This document shows, piece after piece, positions 27,136 through 39,004 of a stretch of DNA of 64,000 nucleotides. Source of the DNA: Tubiluchus corallicola (lineage: Eukaryota; Animalia; Priapulida). Each line of letters opens with the position of its first letter. Position 1 is the first letter of the stretch. Both the position numbers and the translations under genes were made by a program. The stretch lies in NCBI GenBank assembly GCA_030141605.1, contig JAQGDQ010000124.1:434001-498000 (forward strand), written 5' to 3'. The notes under the pieces were generated by a model. The model made no database searches. It was not told the origin of the DNA and saw only the letters and a list, made by a program, of their open reading frames with translations.

Positions 27136-27775
27136 TGCGTGTGTGTGTGTGTGTACAAGACGATGTATATATATATATATATATGTACAAAATAGTAAAA
27201 ATTTTCAATTTACATTTCACCTGTTACAACTTGACTAGCTGCTATCTGTTCATGTATAGCTGGTATTTGTACAGCTGCTAAGCTGTTACGGGCTTCAATA
27301 CACGTAAGCAACATTTTGACCAATGGCGGGCCTGAATTAGTGCTATAGCGTGCATGTTACCCAATAGAACTTTACTACAGTAGAACGTACCTAGAAACCA
27401 ATAAAAATATTATAACACTGTTTAGAACAAATCTGCAAAAGAAGTCTTGCATATCTCTTACACTGTAAAATTATATCTTGCATTTTAGCTTAGTTTTTTA
27501 TAAAGACAAAAATAAACCAGAAAAACTAGAGTAATTATTGGCTTATGGTACTGAGTTTGTATAACTAAAATGCTTCTGTGGCTATGATTTTTTCCTGTAA
27601 TATTACAGAATATAATTCTGTAAGATCAAATCCTGAGACAGACGCATTCTGCTATGCAAAACGTCAGCAAAACACTTCACATTTAGGTATGCAAAGAAAT
27701 TTTCATATATCTATATATTTCTTATTAAATACGGCAAACTACACTCTGATGATGATACTCTTGCTGTTAACTTAA

Positions 27776-28390
27776 AGCAAATCCGGACCCAATCTTTAAC
27801 TGTAGGTCGAGACAATCTATTCTCTAAAATATTGAAAGGAAACATACTATTTTTGAAAAATGACTTACGTGAAAGAATTATTGCTACACAAAGACAATTT
27901 CACTTTCCCGCCACTAGTTCTTCGCTGTTGCATCCATTTCGCCACTCGTTAGCTAGGCGGACACTAGTAGCGCTTGCATTTCGGAAACGCATTGAAAGGC
28001 ACAAAAGGCGCTGTACCTCTTAGTTCAGATGTGTTAGTTTGTAATGAACTATACATGTTCGACAGTTCATGCGTGAACACAGCGGTAAATATGAAATTTG
28101 AATTTTTATCTTAAAACTTGCCTAGTTTTAGTACAACACACCGAATCTCTTACAGTAACTCTGTACTTCAATTTTCGCTTTCACAAACACGTGCAAAACG
28201 CTCGTAGAATATTTTTGCTGTTGAAAATTATGTTAGTTTGTGATGTCATCAATAGTTGGGCTCCTTGCCGTTAATTGAGTTGTTAATCTATTATTTAATT
28301 ATCAGAAATACTTTTGTTGTATTATTGCTGTTAAAATGTATACTTTTATCAGACTTGAAAATGGGGTAGTATTTATCAACCTGTCTTCCT
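27776..28390 (-). mobile_element. Kolobok-like element, family A copy 2 (inverted)
   Basis: The reverse complement aligns by eye end-to-end with 4191-4768; TTAA on the left, TTAG on the right. Confidence 0.7.
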
Positions 28391-31283
28391 TTAGGAATTT
28401 GTTATCTTCACACCTGTCACGTAACGTGTGTTTATTTTTGTGAACAGCTCGATTAATGATGCCGAATAAGCCTAACCATGACTAACGAAACTAACGACTA
28501 ACGAAAGACTAACGAAAGAATAGAGATAGCTTAAATCTAGAGCAGAGTCCAGAAAAAATTAATTGAATACACACTGAGTAAGCTTTGACATATGGTTCGC
28601 GTGGGCAGAAATTGAGCAGTGTCATAATTGAGAACACGCGATCTGCTAACATAGGAATACTGAAACCCAGTCTTGCTATTAATTATGATAAAGCTAGAAC
28701 ACAGCGCGTGCACCCCCCCCTCGCAATAGCTTTTGACCAATCAGAAAATACCAACTAAATTTAATAAAATGTTTCAGAGTAGGCTATGTCTTTATTACGT
28801 GCTGAGGGTATCGCTGCATTTGGTTGCAGGTAACAAACGTATGAACCCTCAATAAGTTGCCCATCATGACAATAAGTCAATAATATTATTAGTTATCAAG
28901 TCTACAGACATTTTGCATAAATCAAGCGTAAAATTAATTTCATACTTTCAAAATAAGTTACCTGTTATAGTGCTGGAAAAACAGGTACAAAACAAGAGAC
29001 AAAGAAAAAAAGAGTTACACTCAATTTCAGTATAGAAATACGTTCACACTAAAAGCATGGAATAAGCATTTTTGATAAAACAAATACATTCTAAATCGTT
29101 TCTATGGCTTAGTGATTAGTACTTAAAATAAATTATGTTAATGATTTATATGGCCTCATTTACAAAGATATAGCCAATATATCGATTTTGTTTATTATGT
29201 CGCAAAAACCCTTTTTCACTATAATCAATGAATGCATTAATTACGTCTAAACAAACTATTTCTGCTCAATAGGAAAAATTCTGGTATAATTGCATAGATC
29301 TGGCTATATAATTTTCCTCTAAGGTCATTGTAATATGGACATTTTATAAAAAGTGTATTTCGTCTTCGATTTTATTTCTTAGGCAGCATGAACATATACG
29401 ATTTTTAGCTGAAAGCCAGGAATTTTCCTAGAACAGTCCTGTCTTTCAATATACAAAGTATGTGAGCTGATTCTCAGTTTTGTAAATTTTGTCACAGCAC
29501 AATTGTTGTCAAAAGACGAATATCATATACGGCATATCAAAAGAATATTCTGTGCCATTTCGCGTTGAGAAAACGATTTCTATGTATATATATATATATA
29601 TATCTTTGGCTACAATTTCCCACACGCAATAGGGTTAGGGTTAGAGTTGGGGTTAGGGGGTTAGGTTATGAAACTCATTCCATTTCTTTTTCTGCAGTGG
29701 TGGATTGAAACGTTTTTTCGTTTTCATCGTGGTATTTTTTATTTACTATTCCAATTCTCATTACCAAGGAATAAAACCAGATTTATAATTGCAGGTTTTA
29801 TTCATTCCCAATAGCTTACCATGCAATAATTCTATGCATTACTTATTCCGCTAGTGCAGTTATTAACTAATTAATCCAGGTTAATTCGTGGGTAAATTAA
29901 TTCATTATCTATAATTTTCGTCTCAATATTGTTTCGAAATAATGACATTTCTGCTAATTACCGGTTTCCTCTTCCTGGACTTTGGCGGGCATGCAGCTCA
30001 CACTCTCACAGGCAGGAGCTCAGTCCTAAGTTCCTAGTAACAAATTCTTCACTACTTATCACATGGAAGTCCTTTATTTAATAGAATCGTCAGGATGACG
30101 TGGAAGTAATGTTAACCCACCTTGTCTAAGGACCAGTTGAAACATCGCCTCGAACTAACTATCGCTAGGAAAAAGACGTTTGTAGAAACCTTGGGAGAGT
30201 TAGACTAGCTGTTCACAAAGCAAATGTCTGTCAAATTTCAGATTTTCTAATTTTGTATTGCTTTGGTACATCTGTTATAATTGTAAAAGTTAAATCTATA
30301 GCAAACCATATAGAGCATTAGTTCTCTGCTCTGTCGAACGCACTGAAATTTTGGCCTACATACCTATGTAATGTTTCTGCTCGTTTAAATGAATTCCTGT
30401 TGCGCATGTGCTGTAAAGCTTGTAATTCCGAAGCCCTGTGTCCACATAGGGCAGCTATGTGTCTCAGCAACCAAACGAAAGAAGTTTGTCCGTAATGAAA
30501 AATCAAACAGAATTGAAGAAAAGCGGAACATATCAAGTTCCTCCAGTTTGTACTATTGACTATGTAGATATACGCTCATATGAAATGATGTTATTGATTC
30601 GGGCAATATTATTTCTCATACAGTCGTGTAAATGATCGTTCTACGTTTTTTCTGCACATCAGGTAAGTGTTACTAAGATTTATTTACAAGACTGTTTTAC
30701 ATGGATGAATTATTGTAAATCTGCAACAGTACTTACGATAATTAAAATATTCAAATAATATAGAAAATTGTTGAATGAAATTGTTTTACATGTAAACCCA
30801 CAGGGTGTTAAGCATTCAGATTGAAACTCATTTGCACCGTTTCTGATTAAAATTGCTGTTTAAGACAATAAATTTTAAAAAATTATAAACTGGTAGAAAA
30901 ACTTTGGTAAATTTAAAATGACGCATAAGTGTAGCAGATGTTCTGCTGAGTAGACGGCGATCCACCATGTAAAAATATAGATTAGAATTGTTGTAACGCA
31001 CAAGCTGTTCTAGAAAAATATTTATAGCTGTTTTAGAAAAATATTTTACGCGACACAGTTACATTGCATGTTAATTAAAAAGTTCCAGCGCATCAATATA
31101 CAAAAATCGAACAGACAGTGAACGGAGAATAAGATTAGACTTTATCAACCTTCATGGTCAAAAGTCATATGTGCCGGAATGACCTTTCGTCGCTGATGCT
31201 ACCGATGTGCCAAGCTGGACTGCTTGCCGTTTCCTCCGAAAACTCTAATTCCTCTGAAAACTCTGTCAAAATATTAATACGTA

Positions 31284-31906
31284 CGGAGCCCCTAAAGGGA
31301 CATAAGAAAATTTTTTTAGTCATTCCCCCGAGTTAGTGATTAATGTTGCCTATTCGCCATGTTAATTCCTGGAAATATTTGAACTTGAATTAAATTGTTC
31401 CAATCAAGTACTTAAAGTCAGTTACATAAGTAACTTCATACGTGGCCAGGCGCTATTTTTGCCTACTTGTGCTCTCCGGTTTACATAGATAAAAAAGAAC
31501 AATATTTAATTTTGAAAGCAAATAATTTAGTATTCATTCAGCCTGTCCACATTTCTATACAAGTACATGATCTCACACATATAGCCATGTGGTTGACCGG
31601 AATAGTACATTGCACCACACTTATTAAGTCACTGTACTTTTAGTGAAGTCTTCTTAGCAACGATAATAAGTTTTTTATACGCCTATCACTAGTATCTATT
31701 CATTATCTAATAGCAAATACTTCCGCAATGCACTTATATGTCATGTCAAAATCAAAAGTAATATTATATAATCACAATGTCCCAAAATCCATTTTGTTTT
31801 CGGAAATTTAAACTGATGCACAGTGAGGGCAATTCCATGAATTAACATGGAGCATATGCAACATAAAAAACATTTTTTCTTATGTCTATTTACTGGCTCG
31901 GTTCCG
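31284..31906. mobile_element. Degenerate TA-flanked TIR element
   Basis: ta|cggagcccctaaagggacataagaaaa versus ttttcttatgtctatttactggctcggttccg|ta. Confidence 0.5.
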
Positions 31907-32363
31907 TAGTTATTTTAATGAACTATAAAACGAAGTTTTATTACACAAAATATTGTGTTTCTGCAGCTTTTGCTGTTCATTAACACGAGGGAAGCAAACT
32001 TAATTGATCTCTAGAGAGACTGAAGTTAATGGAAGAAAGTGCACATATATATCTGATTAGGAAAAGATGCATTAAGGCTAATTCTAGAGCACGAAATATT
32101 TTGTTATGTAATTTAAAATTCGAAGTGCTTGACGAATAATTGAAAACCAAAATGGCCGCTTACCAGTGCAACAAACGCAGACAGGGTGTACCAAAAGTAA
32201 TAATACACTTTATGTATAAATGCGCAAGTTAGCGTGCCTATCAAAGTTTGTGTATTAAAAATTTTATATTACCCGGCGATAGAAAGTAAGTTTGTAGTCA
32301 GTAAGTTTGTGACCTTGAGTGTGTGGATTAAAGTAACCGTTATTTATAATTAAGAAACTGCAA

Positions 32364-33988
32364 GGGAATGTAGGTAAATATGGCACAAGTAAAATGGCAC
32401 AAGTAAAAATGGCACAGGTAAATATGGCACAAATGGAAAGGTATCAAAAATGGCACATATGTTATTTTGATGCATATAATTTCTATATTAAAACTAGAAT
32501 GCGCTGGCAGGAAGCAACCTCCGTCAAGATGGAAAAAACCTAAACATGTTCGTCTGATTCTGTTGATTCGTTTAAAAAACATAAAACAATAAACAAGCGA
32601 ACATACAAAAATACCTGCATAAGTGTTATATAGACTAGCAAAAGACTCAAAGTATTTTGTCCATTAAACATAATTAGAATCAATAATGCACGAACATTTA
32701 ACATAGCGTTTGTCTGCATTTCTTTTTACCATTTAGCATGATATTGTTCCGCCGTCGGGTTTTCGCCGCCAGGGTCTTAGTAATCACCCCTGGACGGTTT
32801 GAACCAGTGCTATCGGTGGGTGAGAGGCCTCGGTTCGAAATCGACATCCTGAAACAAAACTAACAAACCAAGCAACTGGGAGACATTCACCAGCTTTAAA
32901 AGAGCGGTACAAGGCCCGACCAAAAAAACTTACCTTTGTAAAAACTAGATTGTTACTGTTAAATAAAGTTCTCTTGTCATAACCGAAACAAATAGTTGGC
33001 TAAACATAAAAAACACAGAAAATTTATCTAATCTCACCACTCCCTCACACTGCGCCGAAACAGTTCGAAGACGGGTGCAGGCTTGCCCTGTTTGGCGTTG
33101 CAAACACGAGCAACCATCGTACTCCAGGAAATAGGATGCGGCACTTGTATTTATAGACTTTGCTGGTGAAAACAGGCGAGTGTTCAAATTTTGAGCTAAT
33201 CAGTACGCGGGATTTATGAATTCCACTCAAGTAAGATTAGTAGATTTTAAATTTATAGGGTGTTTTACTTTAACATGACTCGAAATAACATACTGGGTGA
33301 CTGAAAAGTTTGAACGCAAAACAGAGCGAAGCTCAGCCCACCAACAATATAATAGACTGACAAATATACATATTTACATACGAAGTCAGCATATAAAGCT
33401 GCATACATGTACATTGTACAATCAAAGGTTGTAGACAGACAGCGCTATAGAGTTTTCTAAGCGAGAATTTTTGGAACCTGGAACTTGCTCGTAGTTGTTT
33501 GATACTAATAAAGAATTAATTACCCTCTCTTGTTGCCAAGTCCACCTTTTGCCAAAGTGTTGTGGCACGCCTTTTGAGACGTCCACAAAGTATTTCACGA
33601 GTTTTTTGTGCGTGGTGCTTGGTCAAGTCTTGTGAAAAAATGAACGGATGAAAAAACACCCATTTTGTGGTTTTCGTTCCTCCCCCTATCCAGTAATTTG
33701 CTTCAAAATGCATCTTTCTTATCCCTACCACCTTCTCACGCAAACTCCCATTTTTAAGTAGTTTTTTGGGTAATAGTAGTAATTTGCTCCATAGTAGACA
33801 AAAAAACAACCAACTAAACAGGCAAAAAGCATTGGAACATAAATTCCTTAGCAGAGCTGAAACTCTTTTCAATGCTCTTTTAACTCATATTTTGTAAGTG
33901 TGCCATTTTTTCCTATTTTTCCATTTGTGCTGTTCTTCCCGTGCCATTCCCTTTGCCATTTTTTCCAGTGCTATGTTTACCGCACATC
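32364..33988. mobile_element. Non-autonomous DNA transposon with about 100-bp TIRs built of aaaatggcac subrepeats
   Basis: The left end ggtaaatatggcac..cacaaatggaaa..aaaaatggcaca mirrors the right end tgtgccatttttt..tttccatttgtg..gtgctatgtttacc. Confidence 0.6.
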
Positions 33989-34643
33989 ACTGGGACTAGT
34001 TCTTAAATTCGGACAACTTTTCAGGCGAAATGTCAATGACCTTGACCGTGTATGGCTCGGAGTCAAAGGTTGACTACAACTTAAATACCTCTAAAGATCC
34101 GGGCAGTAAAACTTGGATTACTTACAGGGCTAGAGAAGAAACATAATTATTTGTATGACGAGTGGTTCAATATCAAAAGGTCGATTAGAGCTTAAAAAGT
34201 TATAAGAATTTGGGCTGTTTAATTTAATTTATGGTACCAGTCCATATTGCTTTTTTTCAAAAATGTAGAACAAATCTTAGTGGAGTATAATTAGCACCAT
34301 CTGCGGATCGTTCAAGATTAAGTGTTTAATTAAGGGTCACAAACAAACCTTTGGAAACTTATATTACCTGCCAGGTAGTCTGTAACAATGAGCAATAATT
34401 CAAGGTCAAACGTCATTTACAGCTCAAAATCTGGTAGGAAAGGGGCAGCATGCTTGGGCAACTTGTTATGCCAGAGTACAAACGTGCTACGTACACACAG
34501 AGCACTTGTATTTTAAATCTTGCCTAGCCCAACAAAAGACAAAATACCTTTAAGAAGTTAAATCCAAAAAAACGACTTAAAGATGCAAGTAGAACCAGTT
34601 GATGTTTGCCCCAGAACTGGTAAGTTGTATGATTCATCAACTG

Positions 34644-34650
34644 AGCAGCG

Positions 34651-34683
<33 letters not shown>

Positions 34684-34729
34684 CAGCACAGCACAGCAGC
34701 AGCAGCAGCAGCAGCAACAACAACAACGA

Positions 34730-34782
<53 letters not shown>

Positions 34783-34831
34783 ACAGCAGCAGCAACAGCA
34801 ACAGCAAACAGCAGCAGCAACAACAGCAGCA
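34644..34831. repeat. (CAG/CAA)n microsatellite
   Basis: Directly visible. Confidence 0.95.
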
Positions 34832-35029
34832 AAAATTAATTTCTAAAAATATAATCAGGGAATTAGCAAATCATCATCTTTACCTGATAATGATTTGAAA
34901 CACAAGTCTAAATTTTGCAGTTACAGTCTTTCGCATTTCATATTAATTAACGCTGATTTTGAGTTTATTGGTGAATTGTATTTTGTTTCGAGTTACTTTT
35001 ATAAAGTTTTCATATTCAGTGGCGCTGAA

Positions 35030-35170
35030 ATGCAGTGACGTAATTAAAATGACGTGTGCAAAGCAGTGATGCAAATAATAATAATTAAGTGACGCGTGAT
35101 GACAGCTACCATAGCAGCAAAGGCGTTAAGGCGTTCTGCCATTTCTGTTGAAGTCAAGTTGCACGTGAAG
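35030..35170 (+). promoter_or_regulatory. Cluster of TGACG (CRE half-site) motifs and a CACGTG E-box upstream of the basic-protein gene
   Basis: gtgacgtaa, atgacgtgt, gtgacgcgt and gcacgtga lie within about 170 bp of the ATG. Confidence 0.35.
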
Positions 35171-35198
35171 TAGCCTCTGTCCACTTTTTTCCTTGATA

Positions 35199-36320
35199 AT
35201 GGAAACGTAAGTATTGATTTACAATCAGAATTAACTGTCCGGTCAATGTTTTTGAAGATTAGAAGACGTTTTTTAAACTTAAATATTATTTTCTAGATAT
35301 AAGCGTCACTCCAGCGCATTGAAGCCAAACGGAAGTAAGTTTAAAAGGCCAGGGGCGAAAAGCAAAGCTGCTATAAATAGGAAGGACCAACGTCCCGTTT
35401 CAAGAAGAAGATCAGTAATAGGAAAAGGGAATTTAAAAGTTAAGGAAAGATCTGTTAATAAAGCTAACTCGAAGCCTAATGCCCGAGCTATGTTTAAGTC
35501 AAAAGCCACGGCAGCTAAAGGAAAACAAAAACGTGCAAACGAAAGCAAATGCAGAAAGCGAGTTAGAGAAAGCAAAGGAAAGTTCGCATCTAAACGCACG
35601 CCAAAGAAAAAGCTGTCTCTAGTTCCAGAGCAAATGGAGATCCTTGAAAACAGAGACGAACAGGTGAATTCAGAACAGTGTGCAAAAAATGAAGGCACAC
35701 GCGTAGACTCTAAGGCAGAGGAGAACGATTTACGATTAGAGGTGGAGCAAAAGCAAAAGCAAGAAACCATGTATGCAGAGTTGGAGTCACATCCAACGGA
35801 GAACGATCAAATGTTGGAGTCACATCCAACGGAGAACGATCAAATGTTGGAGTCACATCCAACGGAGAACGATCAAATGTTGGAGTCACATCCAACGGAG
35901 AACGATCAAATGTTGGAGTCACATCCAACGGAGAACGATCAAATGTTGGAGTCACATCCAACGGAGAACGATCAAATTGCGAATGAAGATGAAGCGTTAA
36001 CTCAAGAAAATGCATGTCTAGATTCAAGTTCAAAAGATGACGATCCTAATTCAGTTAACGAAGAAAGACCAAAACGCGAAGAAATAGTAGAAGAAAAAAA
36101 TCGTTCACAGATTGAAAACGTGTCGCGCAAGTCAACAATTGTTGGAACACGCAAGCGGCGTGGCACTGAAAGTTCATGTTCCAAAAATGAAGAATTAAAG
36201 AAGAAACGTAAGCAATGTCGTGGAGATCATAGCGACAAAAACGCTAAGTTGCCAAAGAAGCAGAACTTACGCAAACCAGCTAAAAGAACTACCACACGAA
36301 AGAAAGCATCATGCAATTAG
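35199..36320 (+). CDS. 2-exon gene join(35199..35206,35297..36320), 343 aa; K/R-rich N- and C-termini with an acidic middle carrying 6x LESHPTENDQM; putative nuclear/chromatin protein
   Basis: ATGGAAAC|GTAAGT, a 90-nt intron and ttttctag|A give MET-YKRHSSALKPNG in frame with the 1-kb ORF, whose track start is a TTG. TAG at 36318-36320; AATAAA at about 36443 and 36466. Confidence 0.75.
35781..35977 (+). repeat. Six near-perfect 33-bp coding repeats (LESHPTENDQM)
   Basis: ttggagtcacatccaacggagaacgatcaaatg x6. Confidence 0.97.
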
Positions 36321-36639
36321 TTTGAATTACTTAGAAAATGACTTGCTGTTTTAAAAATGTCGCCGTATTTTCACAATCACAAAGCCTAACAATGCAATAA
36401 TAACCATTGAGGTACTTATAGTTAGCTTAGGCGTAGCATTGTAATAAACACTTTACGCTGTATCGAATAAATCTTTTGACAGAAAATTTTCATTAATTTT
36501 CAAGTAAATTGTTGTTTACGTTTCATTCTGTTTAATGAAATTCCTTTTTTTTAAGAAAATTGAAAATTAAAAAAAAATATACACGAAGCTGTGTGGATCC
36601 ACATTGCGCAAGTATGCCTTAAACTGTGTACAGACGAGG

Positions 36640-38072
36640 AGCCACAATGTTTAATGATGTGTAAAAACATGTATGTAATAATGTCTGAGGACACTGTGAG
36701 CACGTGTAATTACACCGTGTAAACGTGTCAAAGGTTTTATAAAGCCAAAATCTGTTAGTATATCTAAAGACGTGTTTAGTGTAAGGTCTTCTGTGTAAAG
36801 TGTCTGAGTAAGCGTGAAGCCACACTGTGTGAGCACATTGAAGACGTGTAAAGCCACAGTGTGTGAGCATGCCTAAACGCGCGTGAAGCCACACTGTGTG
36901 AGCACGTTGAAGACGTGTAAAGCCACACTGTGTCAGCATGTCTAAAGGCGTGTGAAGCCTCTTGATGTCAGCATGTTGAAGACGTGCAAAGCCACGGTGT
37001 GTCAACATGTCTAAAGACGTCTGAAGTCTCATGATATCGGCATGTCTGAAAAAGTGTGAAGTTACAGTATGTCAGCGTGCCTAAAGACGTGTAAAGCCTC
37101 TTGGTGTGAGCATGATTAAAGACGTGTGAAGCAACATTGAAGATGCGTGAAGCTACAGTGTGTGAGCGTGGTTAAAGACGTGTGGAGCCACATGGTGTGA
37201 GCATGATTAAAAACGGGTGAAGCCATATTGAAGGTTCGTGAAGCCACAGTGTGTGAGCATGTGTAAACACGTGTGAAGCCACAGTGTGTGAGCGTGTCTA
37301 AAGACGTTTAGACAAGATTCCACTCGAATATTATTGTAGGCCTACGCATGGAATGAACAAACTATAATTATGAGAAATGTCAGTTAAAGTTAACTAGAAA
37401 TAGTGAGAGAACACCGCCATCTTCCAAACAGAGGGCATTCTTAACGCGGCATTCCCACGTATTCCCACAGCACTACTTCACTGATATCAAGTTATAATTG
37501 CAGCTGATTATGCTGTTATTACATTATTGGTCAGAATTTTTGTTATTACATTATGCATTTTGCACAATACAATATGCTACAAAACGCAGACCAGTAAAGA
37601 AATTGATACAGTACGTAACTTATGAAGTCAATTTCTTTACTGGTCAGCTTACTCATTACCGATTTGGTTCTGTTAACTGCTTAATTACTGTTTGATAGCC
37701 TCTGCCTATATAAACTGATTGTGTGTTTGTAAATTTACTACTGATGATGTGCGTTTGGTATAATTTTTAATCATGTAAAGTAAAAGTTTTAATAAAGTTG
37801 TGTGGTTTTAACTATAAACATTTTTGAGTGCCTGTAATAAAAAAATGACATTATTAGTTAATTTAATTACATTAGTGGTTAGTTATTACATTATGTGTTG
37901 ATTTTTATTACATTACGTGTTAATTTTTGTTACATTATGCGTTGTTTTTTTCTGTGTAACCATATTGGGCGTCAGTTGTAAGAAGCAAGTTTAAAGACGC
38001 GTGAAGTCCTACTGTGAACGTGTTCGAAGATACGTGGAGCCACACGGCGTGAGCATGTCCAAAGACGTGTGT
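36640..38072. repeat. Degenerate ~33-35-bp tandem array interrupted at about 37320-37975 by an insertion with ttattacattat subrepeats
   Basis: gtgtgagcatgtctaaagacgtgtgaagccaca variants lie on both sides of the insertion. Confidence 0.7.
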
Positions 38073-38165
38073 TAATGGAGGCCCATAACACAGTACGAAT
38101 CACTAAATGCTTCAATGAAGTCGGTTATATCTTCATTGAATACTTGTGGAGGGAGCTTTACTTAA

Positions 38166-38446
38166 AGGAAAGCAGGCTTACTGCTGTGTCATCATGTGGT
38201 TTCACCGTAAGTGCGTAATACGTCAGAAGTGAGCTGAGTAGTGCAGCGCATGTTTTTGTGTAACGCGTTTCCGAGATGCAGGCGCAGTGTCCATCTAACT
38301 AGCGAACGTCGAAATGCGTGACGCGAAATTAAAGTTCCGTGGTAATAATTCTTTTACTCAAGTCACTCTTAAAAACAGCTACGCCCTCTTTCAATATTTT
38401 ATACATTATGTTATTTTGAGCTACAGTTCAAGATTAGGTACTCTCT
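38166..38446 (+). mobile_element. Shorter family-A-related TTAA-flanked element
   Basis: Shares gtttccga.atgcaggcgc, ggtaataattctt and ctacagtt.aagatt.ggt blocks with 4191-4768; TTAA on both sides. Confidence 0.55.
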
Positions 38447-39004
38447 TTAAAGGAAAGGATAACTCACTCAGTATGTTGGGTTTATTTTACTGTCATCACT
38501 TAAACGTAGAAAAATATAAGAAATTTGCAAAGAACTGCACCAATATACGACAAATGCCACAATTTGCAAATATACCACCCCTGAAAAGAAATTTTAAACA
38601 TTCACTTGAAACTCATGACGTAACTGGGAAATTTCGGGGCTTTCCGAAAGCGAGTGCTGCTTAAACTAATTCAAACTTCTGCATCTTACTTAATGCTCAC
38701 GCAAAAATATTACAAAACGAGCTGTCTATTTTTTTTGTAAAACCTTATTATACTTTTGACGAAGATTGACATGGGCTGCTTTTTTCGTAGACAAATGACG
38801 TCATTGGAAGAAGAATGGGCATTGAAAATGATCGCGACTTTAAGTGATTTTACTAGTTACACGAGGCGCTTGTTGCAGTTTGATTACTAAATCCTTTTGA
38901 CATTCTAACTTCGTAGAAGTCTTGGCCTTTCCTTGAAACAGTTCTGTTTAACTGTCCAATCACGTGAGAGCATCAGTATACGTACTCATCTAAAGACGAG
39001 TGAT

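Noticed and set aside
34583-34898. Poly-Q ORF as an upstream exon of the 35.2-kb gene
   Set aside because: Stops follow shortly after the repeat, there is no suitable donor, and the gene has its own ATG micro-exon.
35306-36184. Antisense and alternate-frame ORFs over the basic-protein gene and over the RTE
   Set aside because: Shadow ORFs of a real coding frame.
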